Virus record (IMG/VR): IMGVR_UViG_3300042691_045142 | Reading direction: 5' to 3' (one strand) | Source of the DNA: an uncultured virus (IMG/VR IMGVR_UViG_3300042691_045142) | Taxonomy: Duplodnaviria; Heunggongvirae; Uroviricota; Caudoviricetes | Length of the DNA: 20,000 bases | Shown here: positions 16,359-20,000 of the stretch, piece by piece | Numbering within the stretch: the stretch's first letter is position 1 | Layout: every line of letters begins with the position of its first letter | Translations under genes and position numbers: made by a program | The notes under the pieces: model-generated | Told to the model about the DNA's origin: nothing | The model's input: the letters and a program-made list of their open reading frames with translations, nothing else | Databases searched by the model: none

Positions 16359-17459
16359 TTATTTTTGTACAATGGTTATAGTAGTGGATCCACTGCGATT
16401 CACAGGTTGTGTGATGGCCACACCATCTTGTGTGATATTGAGGACCATGTTGTGTTCTCGGTCAACAATGACTCTAGCGATATGTCCCACAGATCTATCC
16501 AGCACCAACTTGCTGTCATCATCAGCATCAATGTAATATTTTAGTTCAGTGGCTGCATTGTATCCAGGTAACATCTGATTCTGCATGGCAAACTGTTCTT
16601 GGCTCATAGCCAACTGTGCGTTGCTGATGTCCAGCATGTTGACCAAGAACTCTCCGTCCAAAAAGTTTTGATCCAAGGCTGTGAACTTTTTGAGTTCATC
16701 CTCATCCAAGGCATTGTATTTTAAAAAATCCTGATTAAGGAAATTTACGTCCAAGGCAGTCTTGACCGAGTTTTGCAGTTCTTCATCTTGAAACTGTGGT
16801 GGTGGCGACACTATCAACAAGTTATTGATGTTGGTCTGATCTATGTTGATGATTATTGGTGCGCTGGGCGGTGTAGAGAGCGATTGTACCAGCGTGGCTT
16901 GGTAGGCATGTTCCAACAGTACTGAACCTGCTTCGTTTGATACTTCGATGGCACCTGTGACACATCCTTTGTTGTCACAGCTGGGCAACAGCATCACGAG
17001 ACTGCGACCCAGCTCGTCCACGGTCATTGAAAAGTCTGTACCGCGCACAGCAATGCTGGCTGTGGGAGTTTTTACTGCTACCTGCTGTGGGTTGTTTTTG
17101 GCTATCTGCCCCGATGCATATCTAGCAGTGCCCAGTGCCATTTTAAGCGCCAGCTTGCCTGTGCCTCGTCGAGGATCATAAACAAAATCATCTATTATCA
17201 GTTTTGACTGTTCAGTGATCTGAACCGTGGTCTTGTCTTCAAACTCCAGCTTGGCTCGAGCACGAGCCGTGACAATGGTGTCGTTGGATTCTATAGATGC
17301 ATTGACCTGACTACTCAATGACTTTTTATTTCTAACTATCTCAGTAGGACCAGTCTGTTCAGAAACTCGCCCTACTGCTGCCTCAGTTGGTCTGATTGAT
17401 AGTAATATTGTTGTTATCGCCAGTACTATTAACAGTAACGCTTTTAGCCGTTGTGCCAC
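16359..17459 (-). CDS. Secreted FecR-domain protein
   Basis: 366 aa. GTG start with SD AGGAG 9 nt upstream, signal peptide ending 'TEA|AVG', FecR motifs 'DTIVTARARAKLEFEDKTTVQITEQSKL' and 'VKTPTASIAVRGTDFSM'. Confidence 0.85.
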   Translation of the reverse strand: MAQRLKALLLIVLAITTILLSIRPTEAAVGRVSEQTGPTEIVRNKKSLSSQVNASIESNDTIVTARARAKLEFEDKTTVQITEQSKLIIDDFVYDPRRGTGKLALKMALGTARYASGQIAKNNPQQVAVKTPTASIAVRGTDFSMTVDELGRSLVMLLPSCDNKGCVTGAIEVSNEAGSVLLEHAYQATLVQSLSTPPSAPIIINIDQTNINNLLIVSPPPQFQDEELQNSVKTALDVNFLNQDFLKYNALDEDELKKFTALDQNFLDGEFLVNMLDISNAQLAMSQEQFAMQNQMLPGYNAATELKYYIDADDDSKLVLDRSVGHIARVIVDREHNMVLNITQDGVAITQPVNRSGSTTITIVQK

Positions 17460-18015
17460 TTTGAGTGACTCCTATGGTGTTAGTATTGCCGGTAACAGTG
17501 ATATTAGCACTCGTGGCACCAGTATTGGTACTGGTGTGTGTCACGTTGTTAGTATCTCCTGTGATAGTGATCTCACTGGTGTGATTGGCACCGCCGCCCA
17601 AGTTTTGAGTCACTATGTTTGAATCTCCTGTGATCGCTTGCTTGATAAAACTAGCATTACAGCCAGCTGATGCAGTGGTTCCGCAGTCGATGGTTGACAA
17701 GTTATTACTGCCCAACACATCGACCACGACATCCGTGGCCAACCCATTGACCACAAGATCCAACTCGTTGGCACTGCCAATCTGATCTATAGTCACTGTG
17801 TTTGACCCTGACCCAATGTACGCTGGACTCAAGGCTGTACCTATTCGATTGCTAGAACCATCCTGTGTGATAGCTATGGTAGAGTTATCGCCTACCTGTT
17901 CCATATAAACTTCGTTGGCCACCGCCATGGTGGTACTGCAAAACATGGCCGCTAACCAGAAGTTGGTAAGTATTTTTCTCGACAACTTACCAGCGCCTGT
18001 CATACTTGTTTTCAT
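17383..18015 (-). CDS. Curlin-repeat (CsgA/CsgB-like) secreted protein
   Basis: Probable start ATG 18015 (or 18003). Signal peptide ending 'AVA|NEV'. Gly/Asn/Thr/Ser-rich beta-arc repeats 'EQVGDNS', 'TQDGSSN', 'DQIGSAN', 'TGDSN', 'TGDTNN', 'TGNTN', 'TGDNNNITINQ'. Directly downstream of csgG. Confidence 0.72.
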   Translation of the reverse strand: MKTSMTGAGKLSRKILTNFWLAAMFCSTTMAVANEVYMEQVGDNSTIAITQDGSSNRIGTALSPAYIGSGSNTVTIDQIGSANELDLVVNGLATDVVVDVLGSNNLSTIDCGTTASAGCNASFIKQAITGDSNIVTQNLGGGANHTSEITITGDTNNVTHTSTNTGATSANITVTGNTNTIGVTQSGTTAKSVTVNSTGDNNNITINQTN

Positions 18016-18044
18016 TTTATTTTTTCCTGGGTACTTTATCATTT

Positions 18045-19151
18045 TTATTGGTGTACCTTCATGAACCGTTTTGCTACCCAACCTTCTTTGCCATCCACCC
18101 GGATGTTGTAGAAGTCTTTATCTTCTGCTAGTATTTCAACAGTGGCACCTGGACGAAGATTTGCTATTTTTTCGCTTTGATGTTCTCTGCTGACTCTAAC
18201 ATTACTCCACTCAACGACGGTAGCTCGTCGTGTTTGTGTTTTAGATACTGGTACATCAGCTGGTGCGACCGCTGGGCTGGCCTCGGGGGCTGATGTGGTC
18301 TTTGTGGTGTTTTCTTGAACCAACTCATTTTTTCGTTCCTCCTTTACAGCAGGAGGGGCCATCGATATTTCAGGCTTGTGGGCCCGAAATCTCCATAGTC
18401 CCTTTTTTTCTCCGGCCATGATCATTTCATACACACCTTGTTCAATGGCCACTCGCACAGCATAAGTGGTGGGCTCATTCAAGGCCGCACCATTCTCTAA
18501 CTCAAGGCTTCTAGTGCCTTGATCAAAGAACTTGAACACTCCCACGTTGTGGGCTGTGGAGTATATGGTCTTGCTCACAGCAGTGGTCAGTAACACTTCT
18601 CCGGAGTTGATACTAACCAATCTCAAACTGATTATGACTTCATCTACTCTATACTGCTGGCTGGCGCCTATGCCCAACCAACGAGCACCGTTGCCGCCTG
18701 ACCGTATGTTCGAGTCATACCCAATGATGCCACCTTCGATCATGATTCCGGCCACTGTGAGTGGTTTGAGTGGTCTGGCATCTTTGCCTTCGTATACTTC
18801 ACGTTGGTTACGTATGAGCTGTCGCTCTTTGATGAGGTTATCTAACCCCACACGCTCTACTACCCGGAACCAACTTTTAGAATCTTGCAAACTTTTGATC
18901 AAGAAACTTTCTGCACCTTGTGTGACTGCTTTGCTAAACAGGGCCAACTTGTCGTTGGATTTGTTCTGTCCGGTGAGATCACGGAATCCATACACAGCAA
19001 TGGTCATGGGAGGCCCATCTAGATCTGGTAGCTTGGCTATGAGATCCTGTTTGGCTGTGACAGCCACAGGTTCTTCACGCAAGGCTTCCATGGTCAAACT
19101 GGCACAGCCTGTGAGAGTAGTCGCGAGCATGATCATCAATAGTTTTTTCAT
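18045..19151 (-). CDS. csgG: Curli secretion channel lipoprotein CsgG with C-terminal SH3-like domain
   Basis: 368 aa. Lipobox 'LTGC', CsgG motifs 'IAVYGFRDLTGQ', 'SKAVTQGA', 'WFRVVERVGLDNLIKERQLIR', 'EGGIIGYDSN', 'LRLVSINSGEVL'. Pro/Ala/Thr linker then 'NVRVS...IANLRPGATVEIL...YNIRVDGKEGWV'. Confidence 0.92.
   Translation of the reverse strand: MKKLLMIMLATTLTGCASLTMEALREEPVAVTAKQDLIAKLPDLDGPPMTIAVYGFRDLTGQNKSNDKLALFSKAVTQGAESFLIKSLQDSKSWFRVVERVGLDNLIKERQLIRNQREVYEGKDARPLKPLTVAGIMIEGGIIGYDSNIRSGGNGARWLGIGASQQYRVDEVIISLRLVSINSGEVLLTTAVSKTIYSTAHNVGVFKFFDQGTRSLELENGAALNEPTTYAVRVAIEQGVYEMIMAGEKKGLWRFRAHKPEISMAPPAVKEERKNELVQENTTKTTSAPEASPAVAPADVPVSKTQTRRATVVEWSNVRVSREHQSEKIANLRPGATVEILAEDKDFYNIRVDGKEGWVAKRFMKVHQ
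18164..18328 (-). CDS. Candidate 54-aa out-of-frame ORF nested in the csgG 3' region
   Basis: Perfect SD AAGGAGG (18344-18338), 9 nt spacer, ATG 18328. MSWFKKTPQRPHQPPRPAQRSHQLMYQYLKHKHDELPSLSGVMLESAENIKAKK*. Confidence 0.35.
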   Translation of the reverse strand: MSWFKKTPQRPHQPPRPAQRSHQLMYQYLKHKHDELPSLSGVMLESAENIKAKK

Positions 19152-19600
19152 CAGAAACTAAAGCTCGCTATAGGTACTGTAATCTCAGTGCGATTACCGT
19201 TGGTTTCAATGATGCTCAGCGTGACATCTGTGCCGGTCTTGACCCAACTGATATTGGTGCCTTGGAAATCCATGGCACCCGAAGTGGCACCACTTTCGGT
19301 AAACATGGCATCAGCCAGTTGTTTGGAAAGTTGTGCGTATATCCTTGACTCTACATTGACCAAGAACTTGGCCAAGTTGGTATTTTTAGCATCTCTCTCG
19401 GCTTTGTCTTGAGCGGCCCGTTGTGCATCGGCTATGGTTTTACGACGTTGTGATTCCAGTTGTTCAATGGTAAGGACGTGAGAACTGTAGCCGTTGCCTG
19501 GTATAAAGGCCGGACTTTGGAATTGATGTACCAGCTCACCACTTATTGCGATGCTGGTCATAAAAAGATTTATAGTTATGGCGACCAGCCACTTGTTCAT
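19151..19600 (-). CDS. csgF: Curli assembly protein CsgF-like
   Basis: 149 aa. Signal peptide, then 'ELVHQFQSPAFIPGNG' matching the CsgF N-terminal FxFxxPxF-G pore-binding peptide, 'FLVNVESRIYAQLS', and C-terminal 'NGNRTEITVP'. 1-nt overlap with the csgG start. Confidence 0.8.
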   Translation of the reverse strand: MNKWLVAITINLFMTSIAISGELVHQFQSPAFIPGNGYSSHVLTIEQLESQRRKTIADAQRAAQDKAERDAKNTNLAKFLVNVESRIYAQLSKQLADAMFTESGATSGAMDFQGTNISWVKTGTDVTLSIIETNGNRTEITVPIASFSF

Positions 19601-19626
19601 AGTCTGCTCCTAGACTTCGACTAGTT

Positions 19627-19632
19627 TATTTA
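19627..19632 (-). promoter_or_regulatory. Putative late promoter TAAATA for the csgF operon
   Basis: Minus strand TAAATA about 27 nt upstream of ATG 19600. SD GGAG at 19610-19607. Confidence 0.45.
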
Positions 19633-19672
19633 CTAGAAAGCAGACAAAGTTTAGCTAGGGTTTTAATGCAGG

Positions 19673-19915
19673 CTATTTGATAGGGAGATTTTTCAACAGT
19701 TCTATGCACTCGTTGAATGCGATCTGTGCGTCTAATTCTCCAGCACTGAGTTGGATGTTTTCCAACCGTTGTAGATCGACTAGGAGTTCTTGATACTCGG
19801 CATCTGACATATCACCACGTGCTAGTGCGTCTCGATAACTCACTGCCAGTCTCACACGATTTCCAAGTTCGCCTTCACTGTTGCAAAAATTATTAACTAC
19901 ATCTATAATGCTCAT
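19673..19915 (-). CDS. Hypothetical acidic helical protein
   Basis: 80 aa, SD AAGGAG upstream, ATGA overlap with the preceding partial ORF. Confidence 0.7.
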   Translation of the reverse strand: MSIIDVVNNFCNSEGELGNRVRLAVSYRDALARGDMSDAEYQELLVDLQRLENIQLSAGELDAQIAFNECIELLKNLPIK

Positions 19916-20000
19916 GGTCTAGGTCTCCTTCCACTGACGTCAAGCATGCGAACAGTGGCTTCATGTATTATTTTTATCTTGGCCCGGCAATAAAACTGAC
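19912..20000 (-). CDS. 3' end of a hypothetical protein (partial)
   Basis: Open frame from the window edge ...QFYCRAKIKIIHEATVRMLDVSGRRPRP* ending in an ATGA overlap at 19912-19915. Confidence 0.55.
   Translation of the reverse strand, partial: QFYCRAKIKIIHEATVRMLDVSGRRPRP

Noticed and set aside
18016..18081. N-terminal extension of the curlin ORF
   Set aside because: Overlaps csgG and would put the signal peptide too far from the N-terminus.
18532..19161. 209-aa plus-strand ORF
   Set aside because: Antisense shadow of csgG, no recognisable motif or SD.
19605..19660. Cluster of CTAG palindromes upstream of csgF as a possible structured RNA or terminator
   Set aside because: Stems are only 4-5 bp with no U-tract, too weak to call.
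1..20000. Stop-codon reassignment, tRNA, rRNA or mobile elements
   Set aside because: Genes tile the window under the standard code with intact domains. No cloverleaf, rRNA-like segment, transposase, intron or intein was recognised by eye.
1..20000. Interpretation as an ordinary bacterial chromosome segment
   Set aside because: Orphan transporter subunit, incomplete csg set, fibre-like gene, many tiny ORFs and TAAATA motifs fit a large phage better, although no hallmark capsid or terminase gene lies in this window, so viral origin remains an inference.

Overview
Densely packed, gene-rich segment that reads as the accessory region of a large T4-like (myovirus-type) bacteriophage rather than a bacterial chromosome: genes abut or overlap, most intergenic gaps carry a TAAATA late-promoter-like motif, many small orphan ORFs are interspersed, and a probable virion fibre protein is present. 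Left to right it encodes a partial Bug/TctC solute-binding protein, a ferritin-like diiron protein, an AT-rich pair including a PP-loop (SGGIDS) ATP-utilising enzyme, a UvsE UV-damage endonuclease and two tandem paralogous small proteins. Next is a translationally coupled minus-strand operon (UDP-sugar dehydrogenase, 2OG-Fe(II) oxygenase, amidinotransferase, fibre-like protein, hypothetical) with a divergent glycosyltransferase-like gene, then a SleB-type cell-wall hydrolase with a coupled membrane protein and a cluster of small membrane proteins including two paralogues. The standout is a minus-strand module csgF - csgG(+SH3) - curlin-repeat protein - FecR-domain protein - CHASE2 class III adenylate cyclase, i.e. 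an apparent phage-encoded curli (type VIII secretion) pore linked to a trans-envelope cAMP signalling unit. It includes a FecR signal peptide overprinted on the curlin gene and a candidate nested gene with a perfect Shine-Dalgarno inside csgG. No rRNA, tRNA, CRISPR array or transposase was recognised. All family calls come from motif recognition by eye, not database searches.
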